DNA of 64,000 nucleotides from a virus. The notes beneath the pieces were generated by a model. That model ran no database searches, was not told the origin of the DNA, and saw nothing but the letters and a program-made list of their open reading frames with translations. The stretch lies in IMG/VR virus record IMGVR_UViG_3300046028_008994. One strand, given 5' to 3'. This document shows, piece after piece, positions 1 through 8,391 of this stretch (its first letter is position 1; the number at the start of each line of letters is the position of its first letter). Both the position numbers and the translations under genes were made by a program.

Positions 1-216
1 ATGACTGAGAATTTGATGTTAATGGGTTACAGAGGTAGTCAGTTCCTAGAAACAGGTGCTGTATTTGCTCCGTACATTCCGTTAATCATGACTCCGTTAG
101 TGTACGATCCAGAAACTTTCACTCCAAGAAAAGGTCTATTAACTCGTTACGCTAAGAAAATGTTAAGACCTGAATTCTACGCGAAAATCTATGTTAGTGG
201 TTTAAACACTATCTAA
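1..216 (+). CDS. Major capsid protein, C-terminal part (T4 gp23-like); gene begins upstream of the window
   Basis: GAVFAPYIPL...DPETFTPRKGLLTRYA matches the gp23-family C-terminus; followed by a strong terminator. Confidence 0.9.
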   Translation: MTENLMLMGYRGSQFLETGAVFAPYIPLIMTPLVYDPETFTPRKGLLTRYAKKMLRPEFYAKIYVSGLNTI

Positions 217-244
217 TATTAGATAACACTTTATAACTAAAATT

Positions 245-279
245 AAAGAACCCCACCAAAAGTGGGGTTTTTTCTTTTT
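245..279 (+). terminator. Intrinsic terminator after the capsid gene
   Basis: Stem AACCCCAC/GTGGGGTT, loop CAAAA, then a T-tract. Confidence 0.85.
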
Positions 280-280
280 A

Positions 281-310
281 TTTGGCTAACTTAGATATCT
301 TTATTACATT
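281..310 (+). promoter_or_regulatory. Class E promoter, YTTGG-N19-TAYRTT (Bacteroidota -33/-7-like)
   Basis: TTTGG + 19 nt + TACATT; same spacing as 11 other copies. Confidence 0.7.
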
Positions 311-357
311 TATATAGGCCTATATAATATGTATAGATAAATAAAAATAGTTTTAAA

Positions 358-1272
358 ATGATAGAAACCCCTTCACAATTAAAGGTTCCAAGTTATGTAT
401 TAAACTTCCCCTTTTCTCTAAGCACTGAAAATCCAAACAATATTTGGATGGAAGAATTATCACCCGAAGATTTAAAAATTAATAAACCTAAAGCTTATAA
501 ACAGTTTATGGATTTATATAATTTTATAGCTGGTGGTTCTTTAGTTTATTTATTACCATCGTATGGTGATTATCAAGACCAAGTTTACGTGGCTAATGTG
601 GGAATGCAATTACCCCACATTAAAGACGATAATATTGTGTTATTATCCAATTTTACTTCCGAACCTAGACAAGGTGAAGAATTAGTAGCAAAACCGTTCT
701 TTAATTTAATGGGTTATAATACTCATCTATGTCCATTTAAATGGGAAGGTGAAGCAGATTTAAAATACATTGGTGGTAACACTTACATAGGTGGATACGG
801 TCAACGTTCAACTAAAGAAGCTTATGAGTGGATGGAACAAAACTTTGATATGAATATTATTAAAATAGAAATGGTTGAACCTTATTTATATCATTTAGAT
901 TGTTCAGTATTTCCATTAACTGATAAAAAAACATTAGTTTGTACTGAATTATTTACACCTGAAGAATTAGAAGAAATAGGAAAATATACAGAAATTATTG
1001 ATATTAGTGTTGATGATGCTTTTGGTGGATTAACAAATTCAGTAAGAATGGGAAATATGATTTTATGTGCATCTAACATTTCAGAATTAAAACGTACTGA
1101 TCCTTTATATGAGTTAGAAAAACATAAAATAGATACATTAGAAAGAATATGCGCTAATGAAGGTTTAGAACCAGTTATATTCAATTTATCAGAATATATG
1201 AAATCAGGTGCTATGTTATCATGCTGTGTAATGCACTTAAATTATGTTGATTATACTAAATCATTAATATAA
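358..1272 (+). CDS. Pentein-family guanidino-modifying enzyme, ArgZ/AgrE arginine-dihydrolase-like
   Basis: Motifs NxWM, DxVxxAN, RQGEE, EGxxD, GYGxRS, YHLD and LSExxKxGxxxSC in the order seen in the ArgZ N-terminal domain. Confidence 0.8.
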   Translation: MIETPSQLKVPSYVLNFPFSLSTENPNNIWMEELSPEDLKINKPKAYKQFMDLYNFIAGGSLVYLLPSYGDYQDQVYVANVGMQLPHIKDDNIVLLSNFTSEPRQGEELVAKPFFNLMGYNTHLCPFKWEGEADLKYIGGNTYIGGYGQRSTKEAYEWMEQNFDMNIIKIEMVEPYLYHLDCSVFPLTDKKTLVCTELFTPEELEEIGKYTEIIDISVDDAFGGLTNSVRMGNMILCASNISELKRTDPLYELEKHKIDTLERICANEGLEPVIFNLSEYMKSGAMLSCCVMHLNYVDYTKSLI

Positions 1273-1988
1273 TGGCTAAAACATTAAAAGACTGGATTAA
1301 TACAGATGTAAAAAAGGCTGAAAAAATGTCTATTGAACAATTATCAAATCAATTTTTCTTTAGAGATCCTTTAAGAACAATGTATATTGATAATGAACAT
1401 TTTTATTCACCAGCTGATGGAACTATCTTATATCAAAAAGTAATTAATGATCCTACTGAACCTATTGTGGAAATTAAAGGTATAAATTATACTTTACAAG
1501 ATGCAATGGGTGATAAAGATTATAACAAACCATCTTTAGTTGTTGGTATATTTATGTCATTTTATGATCCTCACATTATAAGAATTCCATATGGTGGTGT
1601 TATTGATTATGAATATTTAGAGGCAATAGAATCAACAAATAAGCCTATGTTAGCAACCGAAAAAGATATCTTTAACGGTAAAATTAACCCAGCAAATCTA
1701 GAATATCTTAAAAATAATGAAAGAATGAAAATAAAAATAAATTCACTTTCTTTAGAATATCAATATAATATGTGTTTAATAGCTGATGAAGATGTAAATG
1801 TTATATCTTCATTTAAAAAACAACAAGATATATGTTCACAAAACGATAGATTTGGGTTAGTGCGTTGGGGTAGTCAAACAGAATTAATATTACCTTTAGA
1901 TAAGCGCTTTGATTTTGAACTATGTCAAGAGGATCACACCCATGTTGAGGCTGGTTTGGATAAGTTAATAAAAATAAAATGGAAATAA
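1272..1988 (+). CDS. Pyruvoyl-dependent decarboxylase, phosphatidylserine decarboxylase family; no membrane anchor seen
   Basis: FFFRDP, SPADG, IFMSxxDxH and autocleavage motif RWGS; start overlaps the upstream stop (TAATG). Confidence 0.85.
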   Translation: MAKTLKDWINTDVKKAEKMSIEQLSNQFFFRDPLRTMYIDNEHFYSPADGTILYQKVINDPTEPIVEIKGINYTLQDAMGDKDYNKPSLVVGIFMSFYDPHIIRIPYGGVIDYEYLEAIESTNKPMLATEKDIFNGKINPANLEYLKNNERMKIKINSLSLEYQYNMCLIADEDVNVISSFKKQQDICSQNDRFGLVRWGSQTELILPLDKRFDFELCQEDHTHVEAGLDKLIKIKWK

Positions 1989-2557
1989 AAACGGTAAATA
2001 TTTATTTTTTACATAATGATGACAATATACCTTTTTATATTGGAAAAACAAACAATATTAAGGATAGAATAAATAATCATAAAAGAACATTTGGTAAAAA
2101 AACTATTTTAGAAATAATAGATGTTGTAGATATAAAAGAATGGAAATTTTGGGAAAAATATTGGATATCTCAATTTAAAATGTGGGGGTTTATTCTTTTA
2201 AATAAAAATAAAGGAGGAGGAGGACCGGATTTTCATGATGATGAAATTAAAAAATTAATAAGTAAAAATAAAAAAGTTACCGGATATAAAGATAATGAAT
2301 TAAGAAAACAAAATATTAGCAAATCAAATAAAGGAAAACCAAATTCTATGAAAGGAAAAAAACAACCACAAGAATATGTTATAAAACGAGCTGAATCTAA
2401 TAGAAAACCATGTTTGCAATTAAAAGATGGAATATTAATTAAAGAATGGTTAAGTAGTAGTGAAGCAAATGATGTTTATAACGGTGTTAATAACGTATTA
2501 AACGGTAGAGCTAAAACAGCTCATGGTTATGTATGGTTATGGAAAAATGATAAATAA
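1979..2557 (+). CDS. Free-standing GIY-YIG homing endonuclease with C-terminal NUMOD1-like domain
   Basis: IYFL...FYIGKT...R, Lys-rich linker, KTAHGYVW C-terminus. Confidence 0.8.
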   Translation: MEIKTVNIYFLHNDDNIPFYIGKTNNIKDRINNHKRTFGKKTILEIIDVVDIKEWKFWEKYWISQFKMWGFILLNKNKGGGGPDFHDDEIKKLISKNKKVTGYKDNELRKQNISKSNKGKPNSMKGKKQPQEYVIKRAESNRKPCLQLKDGILIKEWLSSSEANDVYNGVNNVLNGRAKTAHGYVWLWKNDK

Positions 2558-2581
2558 CAAACTTATTAAAATTATAACAAA

Positions 2582-3268
2582 ATGAACCCACCAAAACATG
2601 ACGACGAGGTTTTTAAAAATAAAACCAAACCAAAAGGTCCAATCAAATTCAAAATCGAATTAAATTCAGAACAGAAAGAAGCCAAGCAGATAATTTTAGA
2701 TAATCCTGTAACACTTATAAAAGGTATGGCTGGTTCAGGTAAAACACTATTAGCTTGTCAAATAGCTTTAGATATGGTTTTTAAAAAAGAAATGGAAAAA
2801 ATCATTATTACAAGACCAACTGTATCTAAAGAAGAAATTGGTTTCTTACCAGGTGATTTAAAAGAAAAAATGGATCCTTGGTTAGCACCTATTTATTCTA
2901 ACTTATATCTTCTATATGATAAAATAAAAATAGATAAATTAGTAGCAGATGGTCAAATAGAAATTGTACCTTTTGCATTTATGAGAGGTAGAACGTTTCC
3001 TAAATCATTTGTTATTGTAGACGAATGTCAAAACATAACACACTCACAAACCGAAATGATGTTAGGTCGTTTAGGTAAAGGGGGTAAAATTGTATTTTGT
3101 GGTGATATTTCGCAAGTAGATCTAAAAAGTAAAAGAGATTCTGGTATTGGATTTTTTGATATTTTAGATGCAAGAGTAAAAGGTGTTAGAACAATCTCAT
3201 TAAAGAAAAATCATCGTCATGAAATAGTAGAAGAAATTCTTAGAATTTACGAAGAAGTTAGAGATTAA
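2582..3268 (+). CDS. phoH: PhoH-family ATPase
   Basis: GMAGSGKT, IGFLPGDLKEKMDPW, FMRGRTF, DECQN, GDISQVD. Confidence 0.95.
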   Translation: MNPPKHDDEVFKNKTKPKGPIKFKIELNSEQKEAKQIILDNPVTLIKGMAGSGKTLLACQIALDMVFKKEMEKIIITRPTVSKEEIGFLPGDLKEKMDPWLAPIYSNLYLLYDKIKIDKLVADGQIEIVPFAFMRGRTFPKSFVIVDECQNITHSQTEMMLGRLGKGGKIVFCGDISQVDLKSKRDSGIGFFDILDARVKGVRTISLKKNHRHEIVEEILRIYEEVRD

Positions 3269-3290
3269 ATATTTAGAATAATATGTGTGG

Positions 3291-3320
3291 AAGCCAATCG
3301 TTAGATTGGCTTTTTCCTTT
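3291..3320 (+). terminator. Intrinsic terminator
   Basis: AAGCCAATC/GATTGGCTT stem followed by a T-tract. Confidence 0.8.
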
Positions 3321-3328
3321 CTATTTTA

Positions 3329-3337
3329 ATATTTATA
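3329..3337 (+). promoter_or_regulatory. Class L (late-type) motif ATATTTATA; representative of over 20 intergenic copies
   Basis: Copies (ATATTTATW or ATATGTATA) at about 327, 3329, 6755, 13649, 15286, 17750, 18563, 18847, 20629, 21208, 22286, 25062, 32157, 36287, 39874, 47309, 49442, 50496, 51248, 53267, 56302 and 63240, each just upstream of an ATG. Confidence 0.75.
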
Positions 3338-3348
3338 ACTAAAAACAA

Positions 3349-3771
3349 ATGGCAATTTTTACCTTAAAAATAATAGAACAATTAACACTTAATGGAGATG
3401 ATGTCGGATCTTCTGTTACTCAAACAATTAATAATATTAATTTTATGGATAATAGAATACTAAATATCCCTTCAGGATCTGTAACAACTATATTTTCATT
3501 AGATAATTTACCTGGAGCTGGTACTTTTGTAAGCAGTAGTTTTCAATATGGTAGAGTTACAAATAATTCAACTACAGTACCTGTTAAATTAATTGTATCT
3601 TCTTCAACAGAAGCTATGAGTTTTTTAATAGCAACAGGAAGTTCATTTATACTTTCTACAAGTAAAATAACAGGTAGTACTTCAGGTTTAAACTTTAGTG
3701 ATATAAAATCAATAAAAGTTGAACCATCAGGTAGTGTTGCTTCAATAGAATATTACGTAATAACAAACTAA
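3349..3771 (+). CDS. Probable virion structural protein, beta-rich and Ser/Thr-rich
   Basis: Class L motif upstream; first gene of the neck module. Confidence 0.6.
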   Translation: MAIFTLKIIEQLTLNGDDVGSSVTQTINNINFMDNRILNIPSGSVTTIFSLDNLPGAGTFVSSSFQYGRVTNNSTTVPVKLIVSSSTEAMSFLIATGSSFILSTSKITGSTSGLNFSDIKSIKVEPSGSVASIEYYVITN

Positions 3772-3781
3772 TTAAACAATT

Positions 3782-5005
3782 ATGGCAAACATCCCTATTT
3801 GGCCCGGTTCAAGCTCATTTGCTTCAGTATATAATTCATTTTATATCAGTGGAACATTACCATCACCCACACCATTTGGTTTTTATGATACTGATCCTCA
3901 ATTTCAGACAGATGCTGATAAAGTATCTAATTTTTGTGCATTACGTTTAGGATATCCTATTGAAAATATTGAATTACAAGATATTAATTTTTGGGCTGGA
4001 TTTGAAGAAGCTACAACAATTTATGGTAATGAATTATATGCATTTCAAACAAGAGATAATTATTTAAGTTTTGAAGGTGCTTCAACTAATACAAATGTAA
4101 ACAATTCATTAATAACACCTTCATTTGAAACTATTGTTAGATTATCTCAACAATATGGTGAAGAAGCTGGTGTTGGAGGTAATGTAACTTATTATAAAGG
4201 ATTATTACCATTAGTAGCAGGTCAACAAAGATATGATTTAAAACAATGGGCTACAAATGAAGGTATTACTGGAGGTATTGAGATTAAAAGAGTATTTTTC
4301 CAACCACCACCAGCAATTAATCAATTATATTCACCAATGTTAGGTACTGGTCCTGGTGGTTTAGGAGGTGTTCCTGCTGCTGGTATTTACGGTATAGGAT
4401 ATGGTTATACAAACTATATGATGATGCCTACTAGTTTTACTATGGCTAATATTAACGCAATTGAAATGCAAAATACAGTAACATTATCTAATTATACTTT
4501 TGAATTAGTAAATAATATAATAAGTGTATTTCCTATTCCTGGAACAGGTTTACAAGATGGTTTTGGTGGAGAGCTTGAAGGGTTTAATAACTATTATTTA
4601 TCATTTGAATATATTAAATTAGAAGATAGAATTAATTCTGCTTATTCTAATGGTAATAATTTAATTACAAATACTTCAAATGTACCTTATATTAATCCTG
4701 TTTATACTCAAATAAATTCAATAGGTAGAAGTTGGATTTTTGAATATACTTTAGCATTAGCTAAAGAAATGTTAGGATATGTTAGAGGAAAATATTCAAC
4801 AATCCCAATTCCAGGTGATTCTGTAACATTAAACCAACAAGATTTATTATCATCAGCTACTGCAACTAAAGAAGCATTAATAACAAGATTAAGAGATTAT
4901 TTTGATCAAACTTCACGTCAAGCATTATTAGAGAGAAGAGCAGCAGAATCATTAGCTCGTGTAAATGAAATTAATCAAGTACCAATGACAATTTTTATAG
5001 GATAA
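3782..5005 (+). CDS. Neck protein (T4 gp13-like)
   Basis: LRLGYPxxxIEL, WIxEYxLAxxKEMLGxxRGKY...IPG...LN; position. Confidence 0.8.
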   Translation: MANIPIWPGSSSFASVYNSFYISGTLPSPTPFGFYDTDPQFQTDADKVSNFCALRLGYPIENIELQDINFWAGFEEATTIYGNELYAFQTRDNYLSFEGASTNTNVNNSLITPSFETIVRLSQQYGEEAGVGGNVTYYKGLLPLVAGQQRYDLKQWATNEGITGGIEIKRVFFQPPPAINQLYSPMLGTGPGGLGGVPAAGIYGIGYGYTNYMMMPTSFTMANINAIEMQNTVTLSNYTFELVNNIISVFPIPGTGLQDGFGGELEGFNNYYLSFEYIKLEDRINSAYSNGNNLITNTSNVPYINPVYTQINSIGRSWIFEYTLALAKEMLGYVRGKYSTIPIPGDSVTLNQQDLLSSATATKEALITRLRDYFDQTSRQALLERRAAESLARVNEINQVPMTIFIG

Positions 5006-5006
5006 T

Positions 5007-5564
5007 ATGGCATTATACGGTGAAGCAAGAGACATAAGTCTATTCAGACGAATCAATCGTGAATTGATGGGTAATATTATTTCTCAACAAGTAATATTTT
5101 ACAAATATAATGTAACTACTACAAAATCAAACATGTATGGAGAATCAGTAGAAGGAAGAAATTTTGCTGAACCTGTTATATTATTTGCTTTAATAGAATT
5201 AGGAACTCCTGAATCACCAGTAAATGAATTAGGTGTAGACTTTACATGGCCTATTACTTTTAGATTTTTACGTGATGATTTAATAGGTAAGAATCCTGAT
5301 TTTAATTCTGGTAGTTTATATGGTGCTGATTTACAACCAGTAGTAGGAGATGTAATAGCTTATCAAAACGGATATTGGGAAATAGATAATACATACAATA
5401 CACAATATGTTATGGGTAAAAATCCAGAATATCCTTATTATGATGCTAATGGAGATAATCCATTAAATGCAGGCCTAGAAAATTTCGGATACAGTGTTGA
5501 AGTAAGATGTGATTGTCATTACGTTCCTTCAGACAGATTAAATATTATTAAATCAAGAATGTAA
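5007..5564 (+). CDS. Neck/head-closure protein (T4 gp14-like)
   Basis: NMYGES, PxVGDVI, YWEI motifs; lies between gp13-like and gp15-like genes. Confidence 0.65.
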   Translation: MALYGEARDISLFRRINRELMGNIISQQVIFYKYNVTTTKSNMYGESVEGRNFAEPVILFALIELGTPESPVNELGVDFTWPITFRFLRDDLIGKNPDFNSGSLYGADLQPVVGDVIAYQNGYWEIDNTYNTQYVMGKNPEYPYYDANGDNPLNAGLENFGYSVEVRCDCHYVPSDRLNIIKSRM

Positions 5565-6748
5565 TGGCTAAAGTAAGAAAACCAATACCACCTACCCAAA
5601 GAGAACTTAGTTTAAAGCAACATACTGCTTTTGATCAAGAACAAGGTAATCCTAATTCATTTGTTGAGGATGGAAAAACAAATAGATCTTTAAATTTATC
5701 ATTTAAAGACGATAATACAAAACCATTTTCTGTTGGTATTAAAGATATTGACGAGGCCATATTTTATTACTTTCAAAATATAATTAAACCTACCGTAATA
5801 CAAAACGGTCAAATATTGCCTGTTCCTGTAGTATATGCTTCTCCTGAAAAAATGAAATCATATCAAAAGGATGGTTATTATAGAGATCAAAACGGTAAAA
5901 TACAAGCACCATTAATTGCATTTAAGCGTGAATCTATTGATAAAAATAGAACAATAGCAAATAAATTAGATGCTAATAATCCTAATAATTTTGGTGTATT
6001 TACTAAAAAATATAATCCAAAAAATGCATACGATAATTTTCATGTATTAAATAACAGAGTACCAGTTAAAACACATTACGCTGTAGTAATGCCTGATTAT
6101 TTAACAATTACTTATTCATTTACAGTTTTTACTTATTATGTAGAACAATTAAATAAAATAATAGAAGCAATTGAATATGCATCTGATGCTTATTGGGGTG
6201 ATCCTCAATTATTCCAATTCAGAGCAATGATTGATTCTTTTAATTTTCAAACAGAATTAAATACAAGTGATGAAAGATTGGTTCGTAGTACATTTACTGT
6301 AAAATTAAATGGATATATAGTTCCTGAAGTAATACAAAGAGATTTAAATGCTGTTAAAAAATTTAATGATAAAGCAAAAATATTATTAGCAATAGAAACC
6401 GATGTTTCATTTAAAGACCCAGCAAGTTTATCAAATGTAACAAAATCACCTAAAAAAGTAACTTTTGCTCCTAGTGCTGCTCCATCAATACCTTCAATAT
6501 TAATATCAACATCTGATTTTTCGTCAGATAAATTAACAGCTAATACTGGAGAATTAATTACATTTACTGATTTAACAACCAATGCACCAACTGCTTGGAT
6601 GTGGATGTTTGGAGACGGAACATCATCATCGTTACAAAACCCAACTAAAATTTATTCTACCTCAGGTACTTATTCAGTTACATTAATATCTGGAAGAAAT
6701 AATTCAAGTGGTATTGTAACAAAAACAAATTATATAACGATATTATAA
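5564..6748 (+). CDS. Tail terminator/sheath stabiliser (T4 gp15-like) with C-terminal PKD domain
   Basis: VPVVYASPEK, PxYxTITYSF...EQLNKIIE; C-terminal WxWxFGDG...NPxxxYxxxGxYxVTL. Confidence 0.7.
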   Translation: MAKVRKPIPPTQRELSLKQHTAFDQEQGNPNSFVEDGKTNRSLNLSFKDDNTKPFSVGIKDIDEAIFYYFQNIIKPTVIQNGQILPVPVVYASPEKMKSYQKDGYYRDQNGKIQAPLIAFKRESIDKNRTIANKLDANNPNNFGVFTKKYNPKNAYDNFHVLNNRVPVKTHYAVVMPDYLTITYSFTVFTYYVEQLNKIIEAIEYASDAYWGDPQLFQFRAMIDSFNFQTELNTSDERLVRSTFTVKLNGYIVPEVIQRDLNAVKKFNDKAKILLAIETDVSFKDPASLSNVTKSPKKVTFAPSAAPSIPSILISTSDFSSDKLTANTGELITFTDLTTNAPTAWMWMFGDGTSSSLQNPTKIYSTSGTYSVTLISGRNNSSGIVTKTNYITIL

Positions 6749-6776
6749 ATTTTAATATTTATAACAAACAACATTA

Positions 6777-8387
6777 ATGGCAAAGATTAGATTTTTAGAT
6801 AATGTACCTATTGGAGTATTTGCAACAAATCCAAATGGCGGTGGTATATCAAATAGTGGTTCCTTTACCGGTTCATTTAGTGGATCATTTACCGGTTCAT
6901 TACAAGGGACAGCTAGTTGGGCCGAAAACTCAGTATCAGCATCATATTTTTCAGGAAGTATATCAAATGCAGTAAGCTCATCTTATGCTTTAAGTTCATC
7001 ATTTGCATTAACTGCATCATTTGCCTTAAATGCAGGAACAACTATAAACACAGGTTCATTTGTAACTACAAGTAGTTTTAATAATTTTACTTCATCTTAT
7101 AATACTGGATCATTCACAGGTTCATTTACAGGTAGTTTATCAGGAACAGCAAGTTTTTCTGTAAGTTCATCTCAATCAATAAGCTCATCTTACACTTTAA
7201 GTTCAAGTTTTGCTCTTAGTTCTTCATTTGCTATAAGTTCATCAAGAGCTGTAAGTTCATCTTTTAGTATTAGTAGTTCATATGCTGTAAGTTCATCATA
7301 CGCTTTAAGCGCTTCATTTGCTCCTACAAACACTACAGGTTCATTCACAGGTAGTTTTACAGGCTCATTACTTGGGACAGCATCATACGCTTCTAACGCT
7401 TTAAGTTCTTCATTTGCATTAACAGCTTCTTTTGCTCTTAATGCAGGAACAACTATAAATACTAGCTCATTTGTAACAACTTCTAGTTTTAATGCTTTTA
7501 CAAGCTCTTATAACACAGGATCATTTACAGGTTCATTTAATGGAATAGCAACAACAGCATCAAATACAATATTACAAAATCTAATTTTAACTAATCAAAC
7601 AGTTGGTGCTTTAACATCAGGAACAACATTACCTACAGGAACAGGATTAGAGAGTATATTAAGAACAATGCTTGTTACATATATTCCTCCTACTTTATCA
7701 TCTTTAGTAATGAGAAATGGAGGATCTAATATATCAACTGCTGCTAGAGATGTAGGAGATTCATTTACAGTAAATACAGCTTCATTTTCAGCAGCAGCTG
7801 ATAACCCAACAAGTATATTTCCTATAAGCTCATCATGGACAGGATCAGGAGCTGATATAGGAACACAAACATTTTATTTTGGAGATAATGTATTATCATC
7901 ATCTAATGTAAGAAGTATTGGAGGTAGTTATACAATTAATAGAGCTACTACAAACGGTACAGTTACTTTTACTGTAAATGGTAGACGGTCAGATACAGGA
8001 GCAGCTATTACAGGTACTACTACTTCAATATCATTTCAATGGAGAAATTATCTATCAGCATCACCAACCACCCCAACAGATAATGCTACAGCACAAACAG
8101 TAGTAAATGCTTCAGTTACTTCTACTTTAGATACAGATAGAGCATGGACTGCAACTTGTACAGCAGCTAATAATATATTAGGAAATTTTACTTATGTAAT
8201 ATATCCTGCTTCTTATGGAAACTTATCAAATATAATTCAAAATGGAGCATTATCTGTTTTAACAGCATTTACCAATTTAGGAGATTTTACTGTAACAAAT
8301 GCATTCGGTGCTTCCATTTTAGTAAGAATATATAAATCAAATTCAGACAAAGCTTTCGCAAGCGGAACAACACTAGCAATATCATAA
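6777..8387 (+). CDS. Ser/Thr-rich repetitive fibre-like protein
   Basis: GSFT and SSSFA/TASYA repeats in the N-terminal half, globular C-terminal half; class L motif. Confidence 0.7.
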   Translation: MAKIRFLDNVPIGVFATNPNGGGISNSGSFTGSFSGSFTGSLQGTASWAENSVSASYFSGSISNAVSSSYALSSSFALTASFALNAGTTINTGSFVTTSSFNNFTSSYNTGSFTGSFTGSLSGTASFSVSSSQSISSSYTLSSSFALSSSFAISSSRAVSSSFSISSSYAVSSSYALSASFAPTNTTGSFTGSFTGSLLGTASYASNALSSSFALTASFALNAGTTINTSSFVTTSSFNAFTSSYNTGSFTGSFNGIATTASNTILQNLILTNQTVGALTSGTTLPTGTGLESILRTMLVTYIPPTLSSLVMRNGGSNISTAARDVGDSFTVNTASFSAAADNPTSIFPISSSWTGSGADIGTQTFYFGDNVLSSSNVRSIGGSYTINRATTNGTVTFTVNGRRSDTGAAITGTTTSISFQWRNYLSASPTTPTDNATAQTVVNASVTSTLDTDRAWTATCTAANNILGNFTYVIYPASYGNLSNIIQNGALSVLTAFTNLGDFTVTNAFGASILVRIYKSNSDKAFASGTTLAIS

Positions 8388-8391
8388 CAAA

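Noticed and set aside
358-1272. Pentein enzyme as the preQ0-to-archaeosine amidinotransferase
   Set aside because: Known G+ synthases (ArcS, QueF-like, GAT-QueC) are different folds. The gene is 44 kb from the que cluster and is coupled to a decarboxylase. Not excluded, but less parsimonious.
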